DNA of 59,666 nucleotides from Nitrospirota bacterium (GTDB taxonomy: Bacteria > Nitrospirota > UBA9217). Position numbers and translations under genes: made by a program. Numbering within the stretch: the stretch's first letter is position 1; every line of letters starts with the position of its first letter. Below the pieces are notes generated by a model. It did no database searches. It was not told where the DNA came from and was given only the letters and a program-made list of their open reading frames with translations. This document shows, piece after piece, positions 19,616-28,396 of this stretch. The stretch lies in the NCBI GenBank assembly GCA_033854515.1, contig JAWOJY010000110.1, positions 1 to 59,666 of the forward strand. Direction: 5' to 3'.

Positions 19616-20295
19616 CGCAGCCTCTTATTCGTATAAAGCAGCTTCATAGAACCTTCCTGAGCGGCCCCGAGGCCCTCCACGTGATTAATGGCATCGACCT
19701 TGACATCGAAAAGGGCGAGATGCTTGCCATAGTAGGCGCATCGGGCGTTGGGAAGAGCACGCTCCTTCACCTTCTCGGAGGTCTGGAACGGCCTTCATCG
19801 GGTACGGTTTTTTACAACGGCCTGGACGTTTTCGGGCTGGATAACGGCAGAATTGCGCAGTTCCGCAACGAACACGTGGGCTTTGTGTTTCAATTCCACC
19901 ATCTACTCCCGGAGTTTTCTGCCCTCGAAAACGTCATGCTGCCGGCGCTGATACGCAGAATGGAGAGGGAACAGGCTGCCACGCTGGCTGCTGCAATATT
20001 GAAGGAAGTGGGCCTCGGCGCCCGGCTTCATCACCGACCTGGAGAACTCTCGGGTGGGGAGCAGCAACGTGTGGCTGTGGCACGCGCACTGGTTCTTAAT
20101 CCCGACGTCGTTCTCGCAGACGAGCCGACGGGGAATCTCGATTCTCATACAGCGGAAGCTGTCCATGACCTCATAAAAGACTTGAACAGAAGAAAAGGTA
20201 CAACGTTCATTATCGTGACTCACAACGAAAAACTCGCAATTCGCGCGGACAGGATATTCCGGATGGCCGAAGGCAAACTCACGCTGCAGGGGTAA
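19612..20295 (+). CDS. lolD: Lipoprotein-releasing ABC transporter ATPase; conserved N-terminus extends upstream of GTG 19681 to an ATA codon
   Basis: GASGVGKST, FQFHHLL, LSGGEQQR, ADEPTGNLD; upstream in-frame (I)TQPLIRIKQLHRTFLSGPEALHV matches a typical LolD N-terminus. Confidence 0.88.
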   Translation: MTQPLIRIKQLHRTFLSGPEALHVINGIDLDIEKGEMLAIVGASGVGKSTLLHLLGGLERPSSGTVFYNGLDVFGLDNGRIAQFRNEHVGFVFQFHHLLPEFSALENVMLPALIRRMEREQAATLAAAILKEVGLGARLHHRPGELSGGEQQRVAVARALVLNPDVVLADEPTGNLDSHTAEAVHDLIKDLNRRKGTTFIIVTHNEKLAIRADRIFRMAEGKLTLQG

Positions 20296-20400
20296 TTTGT
20301 AAATTTGCGTCAAGTTGCCGCATCTCTGACGATTTATTCTCTTTTTTTCCGCGTCTTACATCTATTGAGCCTATTTATCACTACTTGGATATCATACTTT

Positions 20401-20409
20401 TGCTATAAT
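20401..20409 (+). promoter_or_regulatory. Extended -10 promoter upstream of the metallophosphoesterase
   Basis: TG-C-TATAAT in an AT-rich gap. Confidence 0.45.
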
Positions 20410-20491
20410 AATACTATAGGCTGAAAAAGGATATATCCGGTAAAATGTTATGGACGGATTGGATTATGGTATAGAGAACATAAAGATGCGG

Positions 20492-21511
20492 ATGGATAGA
20501 CGTAAATTTTTAAAAGGCATGGCTTCGGCAGGCATCGCACTCACTGGCGTGATCTCCGGAAGCGAGCTCTTCGTCCCGTTCGCAGAAGCATTTAACTTTA
20601 AAAAATTCAGCTTCGCCCATATCACGGACCTTCATCTTGATGTCCAGGGAGAGAGCACGTGGGAGCACAGGGGGAAAAGCATTCCTTTGTTCATCGACGC
20701 TCTTCGGCAGATAGGTAGACTGCCTAAGCTGGACTTTATATTCTTCGGCGGTGATCAGATCCACTTCGGCCCGAATGATAAGGATTCTCTATTCGTATTC
20801 CAGCGATGGACGGTTCATCTTAACGTGCCCTATTATATTCTGCTTGGGGACACGGAGGTCTCGCCGAATCCCGGTGTGTCCAAACTCAGCCGTGAAGATT
20901 ATCTTAACGCCTGGAGGGGCAGAGGGTTAAGACCGGGCCGTTCTTCCTGGGCCTTCGATCCCGTTCCGGGGGTGCGGTTCATCGGTTTCGATGTCACCGT
21001 TGACGGGCAGTCGTACGGTGAAGCGAGTCCCCAAAGCCTCAAGTGGCTGGAAAAGGAATTGAAGGAAAATAAATCGAAAAAACTTATCATCGTCGCTACG
21101 CACCAACTTTTGCTGCCTACGACGCCCCAGGATCTGGCCCCTGGGTGGTCATTGTGGATGGTCAAAAACCACGAGAAGGTACGGGAAATCCTTGAACATT
21201 ATAAGAACGTCAGGTTGGTGATTTCGGGTCACCACCACGCATCGCGGGTGGAGACTGCAGGGAGGATCACCTATGTCGCCGACCCTGCGATTGTTACCTA
21301 TCCGTGCGCATTCAGACATTTTACCGTAGATAGGGAAGGGATTCACCTGAAAAACATAGGACTCGACGACAGAGCCGACGTCGCACGTGCGTTGGAACTT
21401 TTGATTGCGGACCCCTATGCGCGGATGTATGATGCAGCAGTCCCTCAAAAGGTCGCCGCCTACAGCATGGGTCTTACGGAGCAGGACCGTGAAGCCACGA
21501 TACACATCTAG
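20492..21511 (+). CDS. Tat-exported calcineurin-like metallophosphoesterase with a variant motif III (start could be 20450 or 20486)
   Basis: MDRRKFLK twin-arginine signal ending AEA; HITDLH, GGDQ, LGDTE (in place of GNHD/E), THQ and SGHHH motifs. Confidence 0.82.
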   Translation: MDRRKFLKGMASAGIALTGVISGSELFVPFAEAFNFKKFSFAHITDLHLDVQGESTWEHRGKSIPLFIDALRQIGRLPKLDFIFFGGDQIHFGPNDKDSLFVFQRWTVHLNVPYYILLGDTEVSPNPGVSKLSREDYLNAWRGRGLRPGRSSWAFDPVPGVRFIGFDVTVDGQSYGEASPQSLKWLEKELKENKSKKLIIVATHQLLLPTTPQDLAPGWSLWMVKNHEKVREILEHYKNVRLVISGHHHASRVETAGRITYVADPAIVTYPCAFRHFTVDREGIHLKNIGLDDRADVARALELLIADPYARMYDAAVPQKVAAYSMGLTEQDREATIHI

Positions 21512-21531
21512 TCCAGAAAAAATTTTCCCCT
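21512..21531 (+). repeat. Left copy of a degenerate 20-bp inverted repeat (partner at 29237-29256)
   Basis: TCCAGAAAAAATTTTCCCCT vs reverse complement TCCACAATTTCTTTTCCCCT: 15/20 identical, both preceded by TACAC. Confidence 0.4.
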
Positions 21532-21553
21532 GAGGGAGGTAGCTCGATTAAGA

Positions 21554-22573
21554 ATGACAGACGATTCACGTATAGACCGGATACTTCTCGGGCATGGCAG
21601 CGGTGGCATTCTGATGCATGATTTGATAGAGAAAACCATCGCGTCCGGCCTCAGAAATCAGCAAAGCCGGTACGACGACGCCGCAGTGCTGAACCTGAAA
21701 GGTGGGACCATTGCCTATTCGACGGATTCCTATGTGGTCAATCCGATTTTTTTCCCCGGAGGAAACATCGGAGATCTTGCCGTGAACGGCACGGTAAACG
21801 ACCTCGCCGTCATGGGGGCACAACCGCTCTATATTTCGCTCGGTTTTATTCTTGAAGAAGGGCTCGAGCTGGAAAAATTCAACCGCATTCTTGCGTCCAT
21901 TCAACAGGCGGCGAAGTACGCCGGCGTGCAGATCGTGACCGGAGATACGAAGGTTGTGAACAGGGGAAAGGCTGACGAGATTTTCATCAATACATCGGGT
22001 ATCGGGGTCATTGAAGAGGGTGTCAACCTTTCCGGCTCTCTCGTACGTCCAGGCGACAAAGTCATCATCAGCGGGCCGATCGGAAACCACGGCATTGCGG
22101 TCATCGCCGAAAGGAATGGAATAAAGCTCACTCCGCCGATCAAGAGCGACACGGCTGCGCTCAACCAACTGACGGCCGATATGCTGTCCGTGACAAAAAA
22201 CATTCATGCCATGAGAGATCCCACGAGGGGCGGCGTCGCAACCACCTTGAAAGAAATAGCCTCCGCTTCGAAGGTGTGTATCGAGATCTTCGAAAACAAG
22301 TTGTCTGTTCAAAAGGGCGTCGAGGCCGCATGCGGACTCCTCGGGTTTGACCCTTTGTATGTCGCAAATGAAGGAATCCTGCTGGCTTTTGTAGCTGCCG
22401 AAAACGCAGGAGATGTTGTGAATGCCATGCAAAAGAATACACACGGAAAAGGCGCGGCGATTATCGGAGATGTCAGGGAAAATCCGGAAGGAAAAGTTCT
22501 CCTGAAGACTTCTATCGGCGGGACAAGAATCATCGACATGCTCTCGGGCGAGCAGCTTCCGAGGATATGCTGA
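21554..22573 (+). CDS. hypE: Hydrogenase maturation protein HypE
   Basis: HGSGG, TDSYVVNPIFFPGGNIG.LAVNGTVNDL, GDTKVV, RDPTRGG, ANEG and C-terminal GEQLPRIC. Confidence 0.97.
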   Translation: MTDDSRIDRILLGHGSGGILMHDLIEKTIASGLRNQQSRYDDAAVLNLKGGTIAYSTDSYVVNPIFFPGGNIGDLAVNGTVNDLAVMGAQPLYISLGFILEEGLELEKFNRILASIQQAAKYAGVQIVTGDTKVVNRGKADEIFINTSGIGVIEEGVNLSGSLVRPGDKVIISGPIGNHGIAVIAERNGIKLTPPIKSDTAALNQLTADMLSVTKNIHAMRDPTRGGVATTLKEIASASKVCIEIFENKLSVQKGVEAACGLLGFDPLYVANEGILLAFVAAENAGDVVNAMQKNTHGKGAAIIGDVRENPEGKVLLKTSIGGTRIIDMLSGEQLPRIC

Positions 22574-22669
22574 GTTCGTTTACACGGGGCTTGCAGAGAC
22601 CATAAACGGCCAACTATATATGTTTCCGGCTGGGCGAAAAGGCGAAGAGATCGGGAAACCCGGTCTCCT

Positions 22670-22970
22670 ACGAGGCTTTTGGCTTTTTTGATGCGGCCGG
22701 GCGCTACGCCGGATGAAATAAGGTAATCTTTTACCTGCGAAAGCCATTCTCATGCCGAGCCCGCTTGCAGCTTCGTTGCTGCCATGCCGGTCACCATGTC
22801 CTTCTAATTCCACGGCGCTGGCCGCGTTTTTCTTCAGGTACCGCACGAGTTCGAAGCGCCTTTTTGTCATCGAGCGCCTTTCTGGACACAGCGCAGCCTC
22901 ACAGCATATGAATAAGGCGGATCGTCCTCGGAAATAAGAGCGTGTCTTTCTTGTTTTTTGGGAGGCACGC
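22670..22970 (-). pseudogene. Frameshifted OmpA/Pal-like peptidoglycan-binding domain directly after the usher stop
   Basis: Pieces in different frames: DDKKAL / ELVRYLKKNAASAVELEGHGDRHGSNEAASGLGMRMAFA / VKDYLISSGVAPGRIKKAKSL; no start codon or SD of its own. Confidence 0.7.
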
Positions 22971-25595
22971 TCAATGTCGGGCAGTTGGCATCGCCACAAC
23001 CGGGGTCTTCGGTTGCTCGGTCTCTTTTACCATGCACTGAACTTCCCCAAGATCGGCTATGACATCTTTAGTGTCCGGGAAAGTGATTAAGAATGTGCAC
23101 TTTCCGCCTTCGAAGTCTACAGAGGCAGGATAAGTGCCCGGCTTGATCACGTTGCCTCCCGTCTTTCTCCGCTCGGCGATTGCGCGGCAGGTCAGCTTGT
23201 CCTTTGAATCGGCCTTGGAGTCTTGGGGCAGAGCATTTTCCACATAAAATTCCCCGCCCTTGCCCGTGGGAAACGTCACTTCCCTCTCTCCGACTTTCAT
23301 TGATATGTCGACGAACTCCAGGGGGATCTTTTTATCGGCGACTTTCGCAAATATAGTCCCGGTCACCGCCTGCACTTTTTGCGCTTCAAAAGATACGCAG
23401 GAACCGCTCCACAGAGAAGGAGAGATTTTTACGTTTACACCCGATATGCTGTAATCCATAGGCGTATTTTTCAGGTCCAGCGTGACTTCGTTTTGATTAT
23501 AGGATGTGAGTGTCGGAATCACCATGGCGCCTGAAGAGTCTGTCTTACCGATCTCCTGCCCGTTATTGAGTACCGTCACATTCGGCAGCCTGTCTACCAT
23601 AACGATTCCGAAGCTATCGTTTACCGGCCGCGAGAGCCCGTAAAAACCTCCTGCATAGACTATAGACCCGGCGGCCGACAAGGTGCAGGACGCGGTAGTA
23701 TCGCCGCGGGCGTTCTGCAGGATTGAATCCAGTGAATAGGAGCCGTACCTGGCGTTATACTGCAGGAAAGGATTGAAGGAGCCGACGGAAGTAGTCGCGC
23801 TGTCGGCTCTACTCAGAGAGACACGATAACCCAGTCCCTCTCCCACGGGAGTATCTTTTTGTATTTGCACTGTCTCCGTATCGGTGCCTGCCGTTTTGTT
23901 GTACTGCGTCACTGCGTGAAGATTCGGCGCAAGGTTGAAATTGAACCCCACAAAAAGGGCGTATGTGGTATCTGCCACCCGTGTGGCTGAAGCGGTCACG
24001 AAGAGGCTCGTCGATTTTGAGAGTCCCTTTGAATAGGACGCGGTAGTAACGCGGGTATATACCCCGCTGTACGTGCCGTTTTCCGAATAACCGAGAGAGA
24101 AACCTCCCAGCGAGGAAAGTGAATATCCCACGCTCGCGCTCAACTCATACCTCGTCGTCTGCGTCGTCGCGGTCAGAGCGGAGGCGAGAGCAGTCGCGAC
24201 GGTTGCGTAGTCCTTGGTAAATCCTCGAACCAGGAGGTTGGTGCTGAAGTTGCCGAACTGATAAGAGTGTTGGAAAGAGACCGCAGACCCCGGTTTGCCA
24301 TTTGCGTTGCTTTCGGCAAGGGAGAGGGCAAATGCCCCGGCTCGGGGGACCAGAAATGCCATGGAGATGCCTCCGTTGAAGACGCCGTCAGCGCCTTCGG
24401 CGCGTGCACCGATGTTGAAAGAGCTCGATACGCCGTAGCGATGGAACGCGGAAAAAACAGCTTTGCCGTAATCATCGCTTTTGTACCCGTAGTTTTTCCT
24501 CAGAAAACCTGCATTATAACTGTACTCATGGAGCCCCTCACGAAGCAATTGCGCGCTGAAATACAGTGGATAGGATATTCTCTGCTCATTGCCAAAGGGG
24601 TCCTTGAGCACCACATCCACTGTATGGGCTCCGGCGACGGAATAGATGTTGTTCAGGTCGAAGGAGCCTGGCGCAATCCCTTGTTTGCTCACCAGGACGC
24701 CGTCCATGTAAATATCGGCCTGAGACGGCAATGCTGCGGTCCCCCTGAGGTTGAAGATCGGTTGGGTAATAAAATAGGGGTCCAGTCTGTAAACTTTCGA
24801 AAAACCGATCCCTCCTATGTTGATCGTGCTCCCCAGGTCCCCGGAATTCGCAAACTCGTCTCCCAGTACAAGCCACTGCAGGTCGCCCCGCCGCTCATAG
24901 GTGGCGCTGCTCAGAAGACGAACGAAATTTTCTCCGGTCTCCGTTTTCGTATACAGGGAATCGGAGACAAAGAAAACGTCTCCGGACCGCACGCCGGCCT
25001 TGTTCGTGGCCGTGAAGGATTGGAACCCGTTCGGGTCGGTATAGGTATACGCAAATCCGTAGTTGAGAAAGGCGCTCGTTTCTCGTGGATAATAGACGTT
25101 GCGGGGCTTCTCCTGGAGAGGGTAGAGTGCTATCTCGGTCGTCTTCCGCTCGGTAGTTTTTCCCAATATGGAGAGCGTGAGCTTCTTTTCGTCGAAGGTG
25201 GACCGTGCATCGTTAAGAGCGCTCAGGGGGACATACTTCTCGTCACCTATAAGTATGATACGATCTTGGGCGAACCCGAGCTTCAGGGCGACGAGGTCTT
25301 CCACTTTGATGAACAGAGCACCCTCATCGTCGATTTCCAGAAAAAAATCTCCCTTAGGCTCTGTGTTGACGAAAATGCTGACCACCAATTGCGTGGTTGC
25401 TTTAGAGAATTGAGGGAAATGTGCCGCGATCTCCCGCGGAGCCTGACCGGAAACAGCCTGCGGTGAAGAGGCCGGTACGGCGAGCGCTGCTTCCGCCCAT
25501 GAGAGGGACGCACAAGAAATTGAAAAAAGGGCCATCAAGGCGAAGGCAAAAAAAAATTTAACCTCCCTTGATCGAATACTTAGAGAAGGGCGCAT
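22971..25595 (-). CDS. Fimbrial outer-membrane usher (sigma/CsuD-like); start 25595 or 25637
   Basis: Signal peptide, SAFLNY, VRLLSSATY, IGGIGF, G.A.LPSQADIYMDG, LLREGLHEYSYNAGFLR, AGSIVY, IGKTDSSG..VIP.L.SYN.N.V.LD. Confidence 0.9.
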   Translation of the reverse strand: MRPSLSIRSREVKFFFAFALMALFSISCASLSWAEAALAVPASSPQAVSGQAPREIAAHFPQFSKATTQLVVSIFVNTEPKGDFFLEIDDEGALFIKVEDLVALKLGFAQDRIILIGDEKYVPLSALNDARSTFDEKKLTLSILGKTTERKTTEIALYPLQEKPRNVYYPRETSAFLNYGFAYTYTDPNGFQSFTATNKAGVRSGDVFFVSDSLYTKTETGENFVRLLSSATYERRGDLQWLVLGDEFANSGDLGSTINIGGIGFSKVYRLDPYFITQPIFNLRGTAALPSQADIYMDGVLVSKQGIAPGSFDLNNIYSVAGAHTVDVVLKDPFGNEQRISYPLYFSAQLLREGLHEYSYNAGFLRKNYGYKSDDYGKAVFSAFHRYGVSSSFNIGARAEGADGVFNGGISMAFLVPRAGAFALSLAESNANGKPGSAVSFQHSYQFGNFSTNLLVRGFTKDYATVATALASALTATTQTTRYELSASVGYSLSSLGGFSLGYSENGTYSGVYTRVTTASYSKGLSKSTSLFVTASATRVADTTYALFVGFNFNLAPNLHAVTQYNKTAGTDTETVQIQKDTPVGEGLGYRVSLSRADSATTSVGSFNPFLQYNARYGSYSLDSILQNARGDTTASCTLSAAGSIVYAGGFYGLSRPVNDSFGIVMVDRLPNVTVLNNGQEIGKTDSSGAMVIPTLTSYNQNEVTLDLKNTPMDYSISGVNVKISPSLWSGSCVSFEAQKVQAVTGTIFAKVADKKIPLEFVDISMKVGEREVTFPTGKGGEFYVENALPQDSKADSKDKLTCRAIAERRKTGGNVIKPGTYPASVDFEGGKCTFLITFPDTKDVIADLGEVQCMVKETEQPKTPVVAMPTARH

Positions 25596-25608
25596 GAATA
25601 ATGGTGCA

Positions 25609-26409
25609 TTATTGTGAACACATCGACTTCTTGACATTCAGGGCCCCGTTGAGGGTTAAATGCTCCGACTGGGCGCTCACCTTGATCATCGCCAGCCTTC
25701 CACAGGCTTCCTTTGGGACGTTCACTTCGTAAGAACGCGACAAGCCGTGCAGGATATACCAGCCCGCCACGTCCGTGGAGAACAGCTCCTGTCCATCCGC
25801 GGCAAGTCCCTTAAACGTGACGGAGAGCACCTTGATATGGACATTGCCGGTATTTCTGATAATTGCCTTGGATACTCTTTTTGACATGTCGACTCTTTCA
25901 ACGACTCCGCTCTCCTGCGGCCGAACAGGCTTTACGAAGACCGGGGTCGAATAGCGAAAGGCTATAGTGAGCCCTGCGGTCAATTTCCCGGAGCCTGGAG
26001 CCGCCGGGGCTTTGTTCGGCGAGGGGATTTCTTCAACAAACAACCGGTAGGTCTTTTCCACGGGTGAAGGCGGACTTTTGATGCCGATTCTAATCGCCCG
26101 CTGTTCATTCGGCTCGACAGTCATGATCTTCGGGAAAAAGACGACATCCTTCGTATCGGCATACACATCCTTGCCGTCCGCGTCCTGACCCCATTCCTTC
26201 ACCGAGATCTGAACGTTCAACTTATCGCTTCCGCTGTTGATCACGGAAAAGACGCCGCTTCGTGCGTTTTTATCCAGATTCAACGATGTCGGGGTAACGT
26301 TGAAGTTCGCGGAAATGCTCTGAACAGGCGTCAAGAGAATGAAAAAGACATTTATGGCAGCCAAAAAGACTGTGCAAGATTTTAACGTGATTTTCGAATT
26401 ATTGATCAT
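25609..26409 (-). CDS. Periplasmic pilus chaperone (CsuC/PapD-like)
   Basis: Signal peptide; V.P..L.L, W.Q...G.D, FFPKI..V.P.EQRAIRIG, EKTYRLFVEEIP, PVFV.P, NTGNVH and GWYIL.G motifs. Confidence 0.9.
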   Translation of the reverse strand: MINNSKITLKSCTVFLAAINVFFILLTPVQSISANFNVTPTSLNLDKNARSGVFSVINSGSDKLNVQISVKEWGQDADGKDVYADTKDVVFFPKIMTVEPNEQRAIRIGIKSPPSPVEKTYRLFVEEIPSPNKAPAAPGSGKLTAGLTIAFRYSTPVFVKPVRPQESGVVERVDMSKRVSKAIIRNTGNVHIKVLSVTFKGLAADGQELFSTDVAGWYILHGLSRSYEVNVPKEACGRLAMIKVSAQSEHLTLNGALNVKKSMCSQ

Positions 26410-26439
26410 AGCTTTCCCCCGTATCCGATGAAGTCCAGC

Positions 26440-27603
26440 TCAGTACGAAATGGTCAACGTCTCAGTATCTCCGTAACTTCCTATGGGTGCATCCGCATAA
26501 TCCGTACTGTCGACCGATCCGCTGATACCCAACGAGACGCCTGCCCCGCCGAAACCCGTGAGTAACGCCGGCGGCACACTGACAGGCCAGGCGTTGCTGT
26601 TAAGGATTTTAAAGGTATAAGGTATCTGAAAGCTGCCGCAGGTGGCGGGGGACATGCAATTCAGCTTCGGAGCAGCGCCGGCGTTCTGGCTTGAAGCGCT
26701 GATAGTGACGCTATCACCCTTTGTGCAATTGAGCTGCATGTCCGGCGAGATGGTCGCGCTCGTCGTGCCTGTAACCGACGGGTCGATGTTGAAGGTCAAT
26801 GTGCCCGGCGTGGTTACGCTGCAGGTATTTATCACGGTGCCGCTGACACTGCCAGCCGGCAGTGTGGCAACGATTGACCCTCCAGTCCAGGAAACGGTAA
26901 TTTGAACAGCCCCCGTATTCGTGTAGGTACCTGCAGGCATAGTTTGAAAACTCGCCGGGGCCATCGAGCTGGTGCCGGCTCCGGACGGGATCAGCACGTT
27001 GACCGTGGTACCACTGTAGGTGCCGCCCGGAGCAACACCCAGGGTATATTGCATGGAATTTGATCCCGATGTCAGCGACCACCCGCTTGAGGGATTCACG
27101 GCAATGGTGTATGATGTGCCGTTCGGCGGACAAATGAAGGAAACCTGTTGATTTACATTCCCGTAAACGGTGCCTGTAAGGGAAGGGTCGATACTGCCGA
27201 ACGATATGCTGCCGCTGCTTATACCGTTGACAAAAGAGCATCCTGCGATGACCAGTGTGCAGGAGCACGATGCGGAGGTTCCTCCGGTTGCGTTTAATTG
27301 TATTGTAAAGGTATACGTGCCTGCGACAGTCGGCGTTCCGGACAGAACGCCGGTCGTTGTATTTAGCGTGAGGCCCGGTGGGAGGCTTCCTGCTGTTACG
27401 GCCCACGTTGTTCCCCCGTTTCCCGTAAATGTGTACGTATAGGATACGCCCGTCGAACCTTGTGTCAAGACAGCAGGGCAACTGGCCGGCGTAATAATTT
27501 TAGAGTTGGCGCCAGCCGTGCCTGCCGTCCCGGTTATGATGAGGAATAAAAACAACGAAAAGAGATATTTGCAAACGCCTGGTAAATACATATTCACCTT
27601 CAT
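26440..27603 (-). CDS. Putative tip adhesin: signal peptide + He_PIG-type Ig domain + two spore-coat-U-like domains
   Basis: TWAVTAGSLPPGLTLNTTTGVLSGTPTVAGTYTFTI; two C...FGxIDP/FNIDP...C units; C-terminal GSYGDTETLTISY. Confidence 0.8.
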   Translation of the reverse strand: MKVNMYLPGVCKYLFSLFLFLIITGTAGTAGANSKIITPASCPAVLTQGSTGVSYTYTFTGNGGTTWAVTAGSLPPGLTLNTTTGVLSGTPTVAGTYTFTIQLNATGGTSASCSCTLVIAGCSFVNGISSGSISFGSIDPSLTGTVYGNVNQQVSFICPPNGTSYTIAVNPSSGWSLTSGSNSMQYTLGVAPGGTYSGTTVNVLIPSGAGTSSMAPASFQTMPAGTYTNTGAVQITVSWTGGSIVATLPAGSVSGTVINTCSVTTPGTLTFNIDPSVTGTTSATISPDMQLNCTKGDSVTISASSQNAGAAPKLNCMSPATCGSFQIPYTFKILNSNAWPVSVPPALLTGFGGAGVSLGISGSVDSTDYADAPIGSYGDTETLTISY

Positions 27604-27627
27604 GCACTAAAGACCATGACGATAAGT

Positions 27628-27671
27628 GCAGCCCCCTGCAGACAGGTTGTGGCATCTGTACAGAGGGCTGC
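27628..27671 (-). terminator. GC-rich stem-loop after the putative major pilin (mRNA stabiliser or partial terminator)
   Basis: GCAGCCC...GGGCTGC outer stem with an inner TGCAGA/TCTGTA stem. Confidence 0.55.
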
Positions 27672-27691
27672 GTTCAATTTTTGGCATCGCC

Positions 27692-28204
27692 CTAGTACGA
27701 GATGGTCAGTGTAACGGTGTCACTATATGTGCCGGCTTGTGCGGCCTGTGCATCCGTTTGAATAACAACGGCTCCGGTCTGGCTGCTTGAGCTGCCTGCG
27801 GCAGTTATGAGCGTTTGAGGGGTAGCAGCCCCGAAGCCTGCGCCTGTAAAGCCAGTTGTAAAGTATAACGAATAAGGTATGTTGTTGAGACCGCCAGCTG
27901 TAAGCTGCCCGTTGAGCGGGCTCGTTGCGGATGCTGCACCGCCCGCGCCTGCGCTTGCAGCAGTCATAGTAAATGGCGTGCTCTTTGTGCATTGCACCGT
28001 AACATTCGTGCCGGTAGAGTCCACTTCACTGCCCGTTGCCGGGTCAATGGAAAGAGATAACGGACCTCCACCGAATGTGCCGCATGAGGCTTTCACTGTG
28101 GCATTAATTGTGACGTTTTGCTGTGTTGCCTGTGCCGCAAATGCTCCGCCCGCCATGGCAAGAACGACCACCGTTACTGCCGCTACGAATAGAACCTTTT
28201 TCAT
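27692..28204 (-). CDS. Spore-coat-U/Csu-type pilin (probable major subunit)
   Basis: SD AAGGAGG, signal peptide MKKVLF..AFA, V.ATV.ASC, VQCTK, IPYSLY and AGTYSDTVTLTISY. Confidence 0.88.
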   Translation of the reverse strand: MKKVLFVAAVTVVVLAMAGGAFAAQATQQNVTINATVKASCGTFGGGPLSLSIDPATGSEVDSTGTNVTVQCTKSTPFTMTAASAGAGGAASATSPLNGQLTAGGLNNIPYSLYFTTGFTGAGFGAATPQTLITAAGSSSSQTGAVVIQTDAQAAQAGTYSDTVTLTISY

Positions 28205-28396
28205 GATATCCTCCTTTTTCGCCTGCCGGGGTCTGCGGCCCCGTGAAGACATTGTTTTTTAGCCTGTTAACATGAACTGTTTAGATTCGCCCACAACAAT
28301 AAATGATTTAAGCATATGCTACTTTTGTATGTCTCCCAAAAAGCCTTTTACAAATTTGTAGCTATGGCTTCACCTCCTTTTGCCATCTCGACATGA

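Noticed and set aside
20370-20397. TCATAC half-site suggesting a NikR operator upstream of phosphoesterase-hypE
   Set aside because: No matching GTATGA half-site at the required spacing
22580-22999. 139-aa minus-strand ORF as an intact gene
   Set aside because: Only its middle is OmpA-like and the homology continues in other frames, so it is treated as a pseudogene
24267-25466. 399-aa plus-strand ORF
   Set aside because: Antisense shadow of the usher gene
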